Positions 38,375 to 52,886 of a DNA stretch of 64,000 bases are shown in pieces. The notes beneath the pieces were generated by a model. The model did no database searches. It had not been told where the DNA came from and was given only the letters and a program-made list of their open reading frames with translations. Origin of the DNA: Ophelia neglecta (Eukaryota). The stretch lies in the NCBI GenBank assembly GCA_965285935.1, contig OZ260665.1:74462001-74526000 (forward strand), written 5' to 3'. The position numbers and the translations under genes were made by a program. Within the stretch, counting starts at the first letter, position 1. Every line of letters begins with the position of its first letter.

Positions 38375-39386
38375 TACATAATGGTATTTACTCTCAGCCT
38401 TGTAAGTCTGATATGTATTCACTTAAGACATGTATGCATAAGAATTACAATTGTATGCCCGAATGATTGACTGAAACCCGAACAAATCCCGAACAATGCC
38501 AACTAACAATCGTAGAAATTACTCTATTGTGAAAGGTTTCAAGGGTGTCACAAATAGTGGTAAACTTTCACTTCAGATATGGCTTCATTGATATAAACTC
38601 TATGGAAGTTTGGGCCGATTACAATTATCATGGCTCCCAACACCCTTCAACGGGAATCCCAACCCAGATTAAAATGAGCCCTCGTCAGAAAGTGACCGAT
38701 CCAAGTACGGTTTTGTTCAGAACCTCATTTCAAATGCCATTTTTACGTGGGTTACTGTAGAAACGTGATTGGTATGGCACAATGTACCTACTTGACCTGT
38801 GTTAGACCATTCTATATGATAATGTCCACCCATTTAAGGAAGAGAAACTTCGAAGAGCCTTTAGAGAAAGTGTCGACATTTCAAGGCCGCACTCTACACC
38901 AACAAAGACGCCCCAGGCTAATTGGTCAATTTGGGCAGACAAACAACGAGAATCTATGTTTTGTCATGGCTCCATTTAGGTCTGTGACATGGAGAGGTGA
39001 TGATTTGACACCCAAAGCATCAATGTCATACAACCACGAAAGAAAAGGTACCTGAACCAGACCGTTAATGATGTCGTCCGGAGAAACCACAAGGGGTTCA
39101 TCATACCTCACGCTGGGGCATTGTTAAACCCCCTAGCCCCTCTAGGCTTCCACCTCTAACCTACCACCCCCAAGGCCCCCAGACCGCCAATGGTAGCTAA
39201 AAAGGCTAGTGGCTTCATAGGTAGTTTGACAGGGTAGCTGAGAGGGGGGCAACTAAGAGATTTGATAGGGGGGTTCAAACCCTTCAGTTCTCTCCTTCCA
39301 AAGAGTGCCCTTGAGGTTTTAGGTTGGGTGTCCTCTCAGAGGCATGTCTCAGGCCACACCATCCCACATCCTCCTGTTTGTCAATA

Positions 39387-39547
39387 CAGTGGTCACTGCG
39401 ATGAAGGGACTCCCGCAGACCATAGCACATTTTTCAGTGCCCATGTCCTATCTTTCCTATGTTAATGCCCTTCTGATGAAGGGACACCTGAATGTAGGGA
39501 CACTTATTCTTGGATTTAGAGGCGTCTCTACATGGCAGGGACCACTG
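39387..39547. mobile_element. MITE, family B-related
   Basis: TA-CAGTGGTCACTGCGATG...CATGGCAGGGACCACTG-TA, with internal GATGAAGGGAC repeats. Confidence 0.8.
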
Positions 39548-42500
39548 TAATTCTGAAATTGCCAGTTAAATGATGTCAGTGGACAGGAGATTGAATGAAG
39601 ACTGTGAGACTGTACTAACCTGCATACAAACTGTCAGGTCTCTCTGTCCAGCTGGTGGATTCTATGCCAATTTATAGTCACAAATAACACCAATACTTCG
39701 ACAAGATATACATTTAACAATGCATGTTTGCATCTAGTTAAACGAGCCTTGTTCTCTTCTCAAACCTGAGTTCCGTCTCTATATAACTAGGTCCAAACAT
39801 GTCTATGAATGTCAATGCCAAAGACTCTCAGCCGTGTGATTCAAGTTTGATAAAAACCTACACGTGTAGGGTCCTGGCCTCTCAACAGGTGGCTGCCAGT
39901 TCAACATAAACATGAAAAATTCCCATCAGAGCCGGCTACGAGTCTTCAGACATAGGAACTGCAGAGAGAGTCCAATGTGACTGTTATCAGTTATGATTTA
40001 GAGTGGCTAGGTAAGGGGGGAGGGTTGGGAGGGGGGGGGGGGGTTGAGGAAGGGCTAGGACCCTACAGGTTGCCCGAGAGGCTGCCAGGAGGGTGTGTGG
40101 TTGGTGTCCCTCTCTGAGGGTGGTCTGGGGGCTCAGCTAACAGAAGCCCTGGGAGGAGACACCCATCCCACACCCTCACCCAATGCTTTGGGTCTCAAAC
40201 CCATTCATATCCCCCTACGTCAGCCTCTGGTTTGAGATCATTCAGGTTTTAACAGAAGTGTGCCATCCTTCAAGTGGACTTTATCAGGGACCCACCTCAC
40301 AGACAGTCTATTTCTTATAACATACACTCTCTAATTATAAAGGATTGGGGTTTAATGCCAAAGCCATTTGTTACAGGCAAACCCCAAAATAAATCTGATC
40401 CCAGGATACACTTCACAACTTGGTACAGAAACAATTGATTATAATAATCTGGGAGTACTGAAATATTTAAGGGGGGCAGGGAGGAGTGTTGGGGCAGGGT
40501 GTGGGTTAATACTGGTTCCTGCCTACAAATTGCTCTATATGCTGTTAAAATTAAGCTCCAAGACCCTCATCTGGGAGGGGACATCATCTCCACACCTCAA
40601 ACAGAAAGCTGACCCCTTGCGATATCTTACATCCACCATGCATGGCTGGACTGTGATTTATTCTGTGCTATGTTTCCTTATCTTGAGGTTGTGGGCATCA
40701 TTCAACATAACCCTTAAATACAGCACCAAGTGATCAATTGCTGAGAGCACCAGCCCGACTGACAATGTCCTAGCTCGGCCTAGGGCTAATTTTGGGACTA
40801 GTACATGTATCTAGTTAGGCCCAATGAAATCTAATCACACAATTTTAACAGAAATTCAACATCTGGAATTATATGAGGTGGTACATTATATTGGGCAATA
40901 TGTTACCTGTATAATTTGATGGTAGTTAGACATGTAATAGTTAGCGAGGTACATATACATGTAAGACAGAAGGTATATCTGTCGGTGGAGAAGCCTGTTT
41001 TAAGCTTGAGGCACCCTACCAGATGTACCGGTAGTCAGTTATTACTTGTCTGGCTCACTGTCCTCACAAACCTCACACACCTCACAGTCCTACAACTGTG
41101 TGAAATACTCACCTAACCTATGACTCATATGACTTCTATCCGGTATACCATAAGTGAAACTTGAAATCACAAACTTCTGAAAAGCCTCGAAATCTGGCTC
41201 AAAATTAGGCTAATTCAGTCGAAAAAGGAAGCTTGTATCCGGTGTAGACCCCAGGTAGAAATGCTGATCAGAATCCTTGCACTAATTACTGGGCTTTCTC
41301 AACGGCAAACACAGTGACAAGTCCATGCATTCCTCGGCAAGTTGGCTAGAGCTGGAAAAAGATCGCCTCGGACACAAAACTCCTAAACTCCAAGCATTTT
41401 GGTGGCATTTTCCCAGGTACTGATCAGACAAACACTCGTACAGCCCAGCTGTTTCCCTCGTCAAGCTATTTTCTGGCGTAAAGCTTGGTATTTTTAACTG
41501 TTTTGTTGGCCTCACTATGCACCATGAGGTAAGGCCTTTGCCATATTTGTAAACTTTCAGTATGTATATGTAGCTTGTTTTATACACACGCTGGACAGTA
41601 TCGGGGTTGACAGCTTGCCAATAGGTATACAGTAAACATGCGTGCTCATGGGCATGGCTCAAAACTGTCAGTCTACACTCCTAGCAAGCCGGAGAGACCT
41701 GAGAAATGACAAGCTGCAGGTTGGACTTATTGTCAGGCCTGACCCCAGTGACCCCAAGTGACCCAGATACCTATACCTCTCAGACTTGTGATTGGTCACA
41801 ATTGACTATGACAACTCTCTTCGAGAGAGGAAAATCCTGTCAGTGCATTTAAATTATACTGAAGAGGCACTCCAATTTTCAACTGTGAAAAACCTTTTCA
41901 AATTTTTCTTTATATATATACACCGGCGCACAGTTCCGACCTTCAATGAGGGCAATTCACTGCAAATTATTCAGAGAAAAAAGGAAATTCTGCACAAACA
42001 AATATTAGTGTTTCAATGACCAAATGATCATCCTTAGTCCATAATAGGCCCTCAATGTGGGTCTCTAAAAACAATTTGATAGTGAAGGGGAACTGTGCTT
42101 TGTTGTATGATTTGAAGGGGGCTGCAATGAGAATGGTACTATTAACAGCTACCTTGGACCACAAGGGTGAACCTGGCCTAACAAAGACCCAAGACATACC
42201 TGAAGCATCACTTGCACGCAACATTCAAAGAATCAGCAGCTAGAGGTGGCAAGTCTATTAACGTTCTCACACAAGTATATATCACCCAGTCAAGACCACG
42301 ACCAGACTTTATTTATGCTCTTTACCCGTTTTTCTGTCTCTAGACTTTACAATTTAACTAGAAATGATGATTATACTGACAATAACATTTACCAGATGAA
42401 CACTGCAGTGTCGGAATTTTGTAAGGGATATGCCAATGAAATGTCCAGGGGGAGGGGGAGGGGGGAGGGGAGGGGGGGGGGGGGTAGGGAGGGGAGATAA

Positions 42501-43840
42501 AGCAACTGTTTTCAATAGGGGGCCTGAGATGGTGATTTGGGCTGTCAAGGGGGGTGGGGGGGGCAGCGTTATTTAGAATTAGATATTGTTGGATTAATTG
42601 TGTGTTTACCTTTCTGTGCATGACACAACACATAATAGTAGTACAATAATAGAAGTAGCAATAATTCCAAAATACTACTTAATCTTTCAATACTACAGCC
42701 CTCTACAGAGGGCAGATACCCATTTAGTTCCAGATATCCAGAGTTGAAAGAGAGAAGGAGAAAAACATTTAGAGTAGTTAACTTGTAATAAAATAGACAG
42801 TAATACTCCTTTGACATGAGGGGACAGGACAGGCCAGGACTGATAGCATCCACATGCTAGAAGCCCCTTTATTTTTGAATATTTCTATAAGCTTTTCGAC
42901 TCCCTTTCACATGGTAGAGCCTTGAATTACTCCATCACCAAGAAGTGTCTAAGTCACAGTCAATGAAGACAAAACAGAACTGCAATAAAACCAAAATAAA
43001 ACTTGCTGAAACAGACACGAGCATGTGTTTTGTCAGACTGGCACTCAAAAAATGCCAAACTAGTAGAATACCTGAGAAACAGGCCCCTATTTTAAGCTGA
43101 CAGGATTTACCAAGCACAATAATTGGCTTAATCAAAGGTATTTTTCTTAACAAGATACAGCTGGGAGAAGGAAGGTGTGATTATCACAAGGGGCCCTAAT
43201 GTTAATGGGTTAGTAAATGAACTGTAATTAACTAAAACCCAAGTTGTAAATCAACACTACAGGACCTGAAATGTGGGATCCACTGGTGTTTATGTTTTAA
43301 TTACTCATTTCAAAGTAAATTCTGCCATGTTTAACTGATGATACCATCATCCCTCCTCTTCACTGGCTCTTCCCTAACACATTTTTCTTCCATAAGTAAT
43401 TAATGGATCAAAGACAGCAAAAGAAAAAGTTTTTGTAGACAGTGAATCACAAGGAAAAATTCAGGTTTGAAAGGAATCTCTTTTACAGTAAGAATATATA
43501 AAATAATGAGATAAATATCAAAGAATGATGCCACAAAATAAACAGAAACAGAAATTCTATTTTTTTCACATTGATAAAGTGCCATTTAGTCTCATGTACA
43601 TGTATGTACTAGAAATGACAGCCAACACATCCAAAATTGAGTGCAACTGAGTGAGAAGGTGCATAGACATGCAGCTACAACGCTCACAAGATGGGAGTGC
43701 AGCTGGCTATGGGCGGTCACACTGCAGCTGGAAAGGTGCTTTTATTGCAGCCCAAAATGTGTGGCAATTGTCCCTATTGATTAAGCAGACCCACAATAAT
43801 ACCTTGCTTGGCCCCAGTACCCTTTAGGCAGGGAGACTCC

Positions 43841-44206
43841 CATGATAACAGACTCCCCTCCAGGGGGAGACACCCATCCCCCACCCTCACCATGATAACA
43901 GACTCCCCTCCAGGGGGAGACACCCATCCCCCACCCTCACCATGATAACAGACTCCCCTCCAGGGGGAGACACCCATCCCCCACCCTCACCATGATAACA
44001 GACTCCCCTCCAGGGGGAGACACCCATCCCCCAACCTCAACATGATAACAGACTCCCCTCCAGGGGGAGACACCCATCCCCCACCCTCACCATGATAACA
44101 GACTCCCCTCCAGGGGGAGACACCCATCCCTCACCCTCACCATGATAACAGACTCCCCTCCAGGGGGAGATACCCATCTCCCACCCTCACCATGACAACA
44201 GACCCC
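43841..44206. repeat. Minisatellite, 50-bp unit, ~7.3 near-identical copies
   Basis: Unit CATGATAACAGACTCCCCTCCAGGGGGAGACACCCATCCCCCACCCTCAC recurs every 50 nt. Confidence 0.97.
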
Positions 44207-44256
44207 AGCCATTCCTCATTCTAGTTCTACCCATGTAATATTTCATTGATACTTAC

Positions 44257-44365
44257 ATCAAGCAGCAGTTTGACAACTTCTATTTTTCCGTACAAGGCGG
44301 CCTCATGGAGACAGGTACCTTGTAAGGTAGACCGGTTAATATCTACACCAGCTTGTAATAACAAC
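44257..44365 (-). CDS. CASKIN: Caskin ankyrin-repeat exon ([37 protein letters not shown]), phase 2 to 0
   Basis: 109 nt with TTGCAG| acceptor and |GTAAGT donor. The split codon AG+G gives Arg with the previous exon. Matches Caskin [36 protein letters not shown]. Lies inside ORF 44227..44553. Confidence 0.95.
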
Positions 44366-44564
44366 CTGCAATCAAACAAGAAATAGTCATTAGTTAACAC
44401 TTTGTGTGCCACACACATATGCAGACCTGAAGTCTGTAAAGTGCTGAAAAGTTCATGTTTTTGACTGGCAAAGGAGAAATCAAAAACAAATATAAACAGC
44501 ACCAAACTATATATTATCTGAAAGGACTGAACCTCAGCAATGCTATAAGTCAAACACCGGGGTA

Positions 44565-44682
44565 ATAGGAGCTGATATGGTTTTGGGGTGAACTTTTAAA
44601 ACAGAATACTAGGTAAAATATAGAGCTGATTATAGGGGCCCTTGGCACTTTACCTAAATCAAAAATAGGGCTGATTTTAGAG
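44565..44682. repeat. Dispersed repeat, copy 2
   Basis: Collinear match to 36020-36140 in the same orientation. Confidence 0.75.
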
Positions 44683-47600
44683 GCCCTTGGCACTCTAAGT
44701 GTTAAAGGGGGAAAATGTCAATGTATCTGTCCTTCTTTACACACAAGTTGACAGCCAGATTAGCTTTGATTAGCTGAGTCTCTGTTAATCTGTATTTCCA
44801 TTGACCAGGATTAAGTTTAAGGCCAAAATTTCTAGGTTTAAGAAATCCAGCTCCCAGAAACCCAGAATAGCAAGTTAGATTACTCCTGATGATTTTAATC
44901 TGAGTTAAGACTTATATTATTAAGACCACTCCCCGAAAATGGGGCTTTCTAAACCTGGGAAATACGTTTAAACATTCATAAATACATTTTACTCCAGCCA
45001 CTTTCTAAATGTGATGTCATTGGTGTTAATTGCCACTGGTATTTGATGGAATGTCTGATTTGTGCTGTGGCCAATAGGATATTCATACGCCAGTGAACCC
45101 CTTCAGATTAATGTTTGTCTCTGATTTAAGATCTATTAGCTCACCTTTATTCACCCTACCTTTTTATTCCCCAAAACATTCTGACCACATTTCTTTTTTT
45201 CTAAGTTCTCTTTTTGATTTTAATCGAATTTGAATAAAATTGTTCAGAAATGCAAATATATGTACTGTAACACAAGGTGAGATCAGTTTAACTTCATAGA
45301 ATTATGCCCGAAAAACATCCCATAAGCAATCATAGCCCCAGGTACCGGCTTCAAATATTAGGAAGAGCATCCGGTGTTATCAGAATAGTAAGTCCTAACA
45401 CTGCATGCAACTTATCCAGGTAATGAAAATGAACAAGCCTATTTTAACCTGTCAGGAGATATCTGCCTGAACTGCACAGTAGTGAGTTCAGATGAGGGGG
45501 GTCTCTGGGGACTGGACAGACCTCTTCTCTCCACAAGGGGCCACAGAGGGTGTCTTGAGGTCTAGCGATGGATGTCCCCCCCCCCTCCTCCATTGGATGT
45601 CTAAAGGTTAAGGCCGGAGATATTCACTGAGAGGTGACACCCATCTCAGGATCCCTCTGGGAAGGAAAACCCACCCAAGAAACACTTACAGAAGCAACCA
45701 CCATTTCAGGAGCACACACCCCTAAGTTGAAAACTGTTAAAACTTTAATCTTCAAAAGCTCTTAATTTTCTTCTGTGAACAATTGTGCTATATCAAATTC
45801 CACCACATTTTTTTTATACAAGTTAATACATGAGTGTGATCTGTACAGTACATTCACACATGACACATGTACATATTGTGATTTAAAACGTATTTCAGTG
45901 TCTATGTACATGTACCTGCCTAGCCATCCTAGGACATCCTTACAGGCTTGTGAGATTAAAGAAGGCATGGATGGGTGTCCCCTGGCAGTCTCCCAGCCCC
46001 AAGACCATGCACAACCCTTGTAATTGAGACCATGCACAACCCCTGCAAGGACCATAGCCACTGGAATTCAGACAACTATTGCTGAATTAAGATAATCCCA
46101 ATCCTAAAAGGTTTCATTTCCATCCACAATTATAAATGGATTCAGTTAAAAGATGGGGCTAATTAAGGGAAATTTATCCTTGAATTGTATGCTTTTTGTG
46201 TGTGGCACTGTGAATCTTAGCAGGTTACAAAAACACATCTTTATTTAACCCAATTTGTTCTGAATATTGCACATTTGAGAAATCAAGTCACAATATATCT
46301 AGGCCACCTGTTGCTTCGGGCAGAGTTTTGACATGTTCATTAGGCACATAGGGTGATAAGTTGGTACTTCCTGTCACAAACGTTAAATCATTTTAGTATA
46401 TCCAACCTATATTTATAATAAAAAAAAAAGGGCAAACTTGTCACTGAACACAGACCATCCCTTCTAAGATTTTTCAAATTCTACTTTATAATTTTATATT
46501 AATATTGATAAGCTTGTTAACTTCAAATATTAATAATGGAGGGGGGACAATATAAGTCCATAATAATGTAGTCTGTTTTCACTATGATCATACACTTGGA
46601 TGATTAGAAATAGACTTTGGAATGTATTGAAATATAAAAATAAAACATTCACTCAGATAGTTTTGCCAATACACCAGATGGCCTATCCAGTAAGTAGTTT
46701 TCAGACAAGTTATTCCTGAAAAAAGCAGGACTGTGTTTTATCAATAGATGATTGAATACACATGAGGTTATATGTGCTATTGTGCATTGTGAAATCCTAA
46801 AAACTGTGACACTGGAGCTCCAAACATATCACATAACTATACTACCAGGTATTGACAATTATTGACAATATAATACTTTATATTCTCATGGCTTATATAA
46901 GATCTCTAGGGCAATTTCAATTAAGTATACTAAATTGATACAAAGATGGATATTGTAAAAGAAACTTTAGTTTTGAGACACGCCGTAGCCCCTATCTCCT
47001 CCTCCTCCCCTCCCCCCCCCCTACCCCAGCCCCGTTTCATTCTCCCACTGTACTACCCTGGTACATCACAGGGGAGTCTCCTTGGGGGATCAAACCCAGA
47101 TGTTGATCGGCTACAAGATATGTGGCAAAACTGTCCTAAACGTCAAAATATAATTTGAAACCAACTTTTGCCAGATTCAACAGCAAGATACGCAAAACTG
47201 CTACAGAATGCGTTACCAAAACTGGCAACCTTAACCATGGTTCACCCGCCGAAAGGCACCATGTTTTACGTTGATTCACAAAACCTGCCTGTTCATCACA
47301 GACTTGAATGTAATCCTTGACAAACTATTTATCCAAAAACAAACTGCTTCTAGCGAATTATTTTTTTTTAGTTCAGTCCGTACATAAAACTGGAATCAGA
47401 AACAAGTTGGAAATTTTGAAATAAACTGTGCAAATAAGATGATTGACGAGGCATCCTGCTCGACTTGATGCCTATTGGACTGTTCTCAGTAAGATGCATG
47501 ATGCACATAATAGGCCCAAACTATGACATCAGATACATTGGGTGTGGGGGGCTGGGGGGTGGGGTGGGGGGGCTGGGGGGGGGGTGCTTAGAACTTAAGT

Positions 47601-48506
47601 CTGGTATTGTCAATGAACACAGTCAGATTTAAAACGGGGAGAGGAAGGAAGAGCCATATTTTTTAACTACCTGCTTAGCCCCCAGATACCCCTTTGGCAG
47701 GGTACAGCCATCCCTGAAAGGGGGTGGGGGGAGAGAGGAAAGGTAGTACATGTACTTCTAATCATGGCCTTCATGGTATACTCCATGGTTTAGAATCCCA
47801 TTCTGCATTCTGGCCAATCTTTATGACCACACATTTCATGAACTGTTCGGCGTTTAGACTAAGAAAACCCCGGCCTCTCGCTAGGGGGCTCAAGTCCCAA
47901 TATGTCCATGCAGCCCTTAGTGCATGTCATTTGGGAACTAAGAATTCTACTACAAGAGCAACCAACTTCCGATCTTTAAAGTTAAAAAATTCCAGTTCTT
48001 TCAGACCCCTGTATTAACAATGCCAGATATTTAAAGCTTCTATTTCTGACTCAAGCAGATCCATTAGGGTCCACATTTGTACCTGCTACCCACCCACCCA
48101 GAAGTCCACTCATTTTAATCAGCACATTGCTCAAACAGCATATTTCAAAAATAAGGGTGTGTATGTCAGTTGTAACACAAGCTTAAACACATTTCAATAC
48201 ATGCGGTCTGGGTATAATTCCTCCCTGGATAAATTTACAAAGTAAATGGGATATTTTAATAGACAATGCTCATAATGTTCACCAAAATGTTGACAGATAC
48301 CTAAATTTCTATTAAATTTTCTCCCACCAGGGAATTATGAATGATATTTATAGAATTTCAATGAGCAAATTTCCCCAAATCTGTGAGATAGAATCCCTGT
48401 GTTTGAATGCTGGTCCTTTTAAAGAGTCCCAAATCCACACTCTACACACATGGAAATTTATACCACCCTTCTAATACCGAGGGGAGGCTACGCCTCTCCT
48501 TACATA

Positions 48507-48693
48507 GAGGGGAGTGTACCTAACTTTCATCACTATTCTCAATCTTAATTCACACTTTTCTCAGTAGAAATTAGCATTCTCAATTTCCCATTATCACTTT
48601 TGTGTCTATCTCCCTTCTGTAAAGCCTCTATTCTTCAATTCTCAGAGCTAAAAGTGTCGTTTTCTCAGTTCTCTAACTATAAACCACCCCCTC
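48507..48693. mobile_element. Small TIR element with 4-bp TSD (Sola2-like termini)
   Basis: CATA|GAGGGGAGTG...CCACCCCCTC|CATA, with internal TTCTC repeats. The superfamily is inferred only from the GAG...CTC ends and the 4-bp TSD. Confidence 0.5.
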
Positions 48694-49239
48694 CATAAAG
48701 CAGTGCGAAAAAGGTGTAGCCTAGTTGAACACTTCATATAAGAAGTTCTGTCTTCCACATACCTAGGCCAGAGTCTTCCACATACTTTGTACCAAGTATA
48801 TTTTAGTTTTTACCTTATTGATGACAAGGCTTACTTTGTTCTACTGGCTCTGGACTAATTTAGTGGGACTCACCTTTTTTGACAGTATTAAGGATACATT
48901 TATTTGACAATTCTCAGTAAGCATAAAGGTACAATTAGTGTATGAAACCACAATATATATGTCCCAAGATACAAATGTGGTTAAAGAAACCTTGGTATTT
49001 GTTTTTTATCCCGGTGAAGTCTTTCGTAAGGTAATTGTAAGTTATGAAAGGGAATGCAGACCAAGGCACAAAGTATGTTTTACCATATCAAACCTTTTTT
49101 ATTCCCATCCATCATTTACACTTCTCTTCAGTTGTTTTTTAACACTGCTGGACCCAGTGAAGGCTCTGTACTCTGCCTACTCTAACGTCTTGTCAGCGAT
49201 CCTATGTCTTTTCTATGTATTTATCTGATGTTTATTCTT

Positions 49240-49375
49240 ATTCTTTTATCAGCTATTTTTGCCGTTTACTGCCAGTGTATTTAACAAATATACAATGATT
49301 GTACAATGTACAGCGCTTGAGAACATGCTGTTTTGAGTATGAAACCAGCACTTTAGAAATAGCAAAAAATGAATA
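49240..49375 (+). mobile_element. Possible degenerate LINE (L2/CR1-group) 3' tail
   Basis: T-rich tract followed by TGTACAGCGCTTGAGA...AGCACTTTAGAAAT, resembling the TGTAAAGCGC..GAG...GCGCTATATAAAT L2 tail. Confidence 0.3.
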
Positions 49376-49462
49376 AGTAAAATTAATATTATAATTTCCA
49401 ATACTGTTTATGTTTTATGTTTTTTTCTATGACAGTTACATATAGTTTTGGGTGTTTCCTAC

Positions 49463-49593
49463 CTGATGATGTCACTGTGTCCGTTCTTGGCCGCTAGGTG
49501 GAGACACGTGCTGCGTTTGTTATCAGACATATCATCCGGAGACCCCAGCAGTAGACGATTACACAGATTACTGTGAATCAACAACTCTACCAC
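49463..49593 (-). CDS. CASKIN: Caskin-family gene, ankyrin-repeat exon (VVELLIHSNLCNRLLLGSPDDMSDNKRSTCLHLAAKNGHSDII-R), phase 0 to 2
   Basis: Manual minus-strand translation, 131 nt, bounded by TTTTTTTGGTTTCAG| and AG|GTAGG. Closely matches human Caskin as I recall it (VVQLLLSSNMC...PLHLAAKNGHIDIIR). Absent from the ORF track. Confidence 0.93.
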
Positions 49594-51384
49594 CTGAAAC
49601 CAAAAAAAAGACAAGTCTCGTTAAAATAAATAACTACAATTATCAGCCAACTCACTACAGCCTTTTGAAATAGATGCAGGATCAATCATCTCTTTCACCT
49701 AAAACTGAAAAGGAGTCTCATCAAAATAAAATAAATCAAAAACACAACAATTAACTGACCCACCACAGCATCCTGTTTGATATTGAGGCAGACTGATTAT
49801 TCGTTTTGTATAGACTAGACTATATGAGACTTGGATCTATAATGAAAATCTAAATCCTAGCCAAGTCTGGCACTTTTTGAAATTCACAAACAACTCAACA
49901 GTTTAATTAACGTTTTGGTGAAGCTGCTGCCGGAGAAAGCCCATCTCTAGTAATTTACAAGTAGTATCACAACTTTAGTTCACACACCACACTGATATTG
50001 TACTACTTAATGACTGCCATAGTTTGCTTTACTTTGACAATTAAATAACTGTTCATTAAACAGTTCCCAAAAAAAATTACCAAAAAGTAACTATCTGCTG
50101 TAAGGATAGCCTAGCCACTAACAGGATTGTGTTTCACACAAATCCACTCACTGATTCACACAGACTTTTAAATGTAAGGAATTTTACAATTTATACAAAA
50201 TTTTACAGTGTAAAAGTACAGAATTCTTCCAAACTAACATTACAAAGAGGTTATAAGGCCAAGCCATCATCTCACAATGATGTCACATGACCTAGCGGTG
50301 AAGTCAACATGCAATCACATGACCAACCAGTCCAATCACTATAAGATCACATGACTAAGCCGTTCAATCACAGTGAGCTCACTTGACCAAGCGGTCAACT
50401 CACCATGAAGTCACATGACCAAACACTTAGCTTACGATTTTTATAAACAGTCATACACAATTTTGAACAATTTGGGCACCGGGAACAGCTCCCTCTAAGA
50501 GAAGGTATCCATACAAGTGTACCTTTTATTAAAAAAGAATGCTATATATAGTGGTTTTTATTGTGAGAACACATACTCTGATGAAGGCACCAAGGGCAAA
50601 TGTGTCAGTCAAACCTTCTATTGGGTTTCAACCTATAGTCTCAGTACTCCACAGTGAACATGTACCTTACACCCTCAAAACCCTGTACACTGGGCTGGAG
50701 CAACAAAAAAGGACAGCTTCTTTAAATTAGTCAATTCTATATTTTATGTATTAATATAATGTATAAACATAACTTTCAAGTGCATAACTGATATCCAGGA
50801 TGACTTTAAAACGATTTCTCTTACAACCTGACAATAAACTAGGTCCTCAAATTACTGAAAAAATATGTAAAAATTGCTATTTGTAAAAATACAGACTTGT
50901 AATCCAGCAGAATATCACACAAGTTCTCATGTATTTTATTACTATTCATTATTGTTTTTAATATCATTATAAGTTTAATTATTTTATGTTAGTAGTTTTG
51001 AATATTTGCTTTCATAAATTCCTGACCAATAAGATATGACTCCTTAAGCATCAGGAATTATAAGTGGCTTGACATATGATTCTTTATATTCATAAATTCC
51101 TCACAATCAGCTTATAGCTGAAAAATCTGATTTGTCACAGTTCATTTGGTATGAAATTGTTTACAGCTCCTTATAAGGCAATAAATACACAATCAAAACA
51201 GTTTCTGACACAGTAGACTATATTAAGCTCCCTGTGAGTGGTTTAACTGAAGCAGATTACCAAGTACAATCTCATAACTTAGATCCTACAAGTACCAGCT
51301 TTCCTGGAAAATAGTCAACTCTTAAAACATACACTGAAATATGTCATACTTACAAACTTGCACGATTATAGAATTAACTGCCTG

Positions 51385-51595
51385 ATAAAAGTCAGGTACA
51401 ACTTGCAGCGTGTGGGACCAAAGCCAGGTGGCCATTGAAAGGTGTGTGCCAAACGTCAGGCACATTTAAACACAGTTAGTATGCCAAAAGTCAGGTACAT
51501 TTGAACACAGTTGGTGAGCCAGAAGTCATGTATATTTGAACACAGTTGATATGCCAAAAGTCAGGTACAATTGAACAAAGTTGGTATGCCAAAAT
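51385..51595. repeat. ~35-bp degenerate tandem repeat
   Basis: Variants of AAAAGTCAGGTACATTTGAACACAGTTGGTATGCC. Confidence 0.75.
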
Positions 51596-52715
51596 TCATT
51601 TAAATCTATACTAATAAAATAACAAGGTACAAAACCTCTGTTATTGTATAGAAAAATCAGGCTTGGTGTCTGATGGCCTGCAATTTTGCTGTATGATAGG
51701 TAACATCTTATGCTTGTGCAATTTTGTGTTTGGAAATCAATAGGTTTCGATAAAAAGCATAAATAAAAGAAAAGGAATTCAGTTTCAGACCATAAATATA
51801 TCACAGCGTTTTACCTCTGGATTTGTGTGACATGATGTTAGAAATTTCAAGGAAATGCATTCTTCAAATTATATTCTGCAGTCATGAAGTTAAGGAACCT
51901 ATTGGTTTCAAACTCAAATGTTGACTTTCACAGAAAATGATTTTAAAAAACAAATTGAGATTTTCACACATGCCGTACATATTGGAGACTGTGTTAGTAT
52001 GGTTCTCATCACAAGGCTGCCAGCACACGAGCCCTCAGGAACAGAGCCCTCAGGGGGGTGGATCGTTGTTTCAACAAATAAGAACAGCTGTCTGGGAGCT
52101 GTCTTGGTGAATACAGCGATGCTCCCTGATAAACAAAACATGCCACCCATGTGTGGACAACGGTAAGGTCTCACACTTATTATAGGTCACCCATATGACG
52201 GGTGGTGACCCAGACAGGTCATAGGTCACAGACACTGGTCAGAGGTCACTGACACATGTCACAGAGACCCTTAACACCATAGACACTCAGAATTCTCAAG
52301 GGCAAGCGACCACACTGGGAAAGATGTTTATAAAAGGAAACATCATTAAATCTGCTAGGGCAGTTAGTACAAATAAGTCTAAATTGTAAGCCTTCTCAAT
52401 AAGGCAGGTTTGATGAGTTTTAGAGACCTCCTCACTACCGAGTGTGTGTTTACATGTCAACTGGTGCCCTGGGCATGCGCTTTTAAAGTTCACTGCTCAA
52501 GAGATGCTACTCAAAGTGATGCACAGGGAAGGCCAAGGAGAACTTTCAGGCTTTTTTTATATTAAAACTAGTGTAATTGGGAGACATTGAGGGCACTGCT
52601 TGCACAAGATATTATACACTGTCTCAAATTATAGTCAATAAGTTCAGATGCAAGCAGGATCTCCTCCATTTCAGAGAGACGTGTATTAGAGGTGTTACAG
52701 GCTAGATTGGTGGAA

Positions 52716-52886
52716 CAGTGGTCCCTGCGATGTAGGGCCCCTCCAATGAAGGGCCACCTGTGATGGCAAGACAGTTTTTGAAAATTTGCCTTTTCCTATC
52801 TTTTCCATGTTAAATGAAGAGCCACCTGTAATGTAGGGCCACTATTTCTTGGGTTGAGGGGTGGCCCTACATTGCAGGGACCACTG
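52716..52886. mobile_element. Tc1/mariner-pogo-type MITE, family B
   Basis: 24-bp TIR CAGTGGTCCCTGCGATGTAGGGCC / GGCCCTACATTGCAGGGACCACTG with 1 mismatch. TA is present on the right; the left flank reads AA. Confidence 0.85.
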
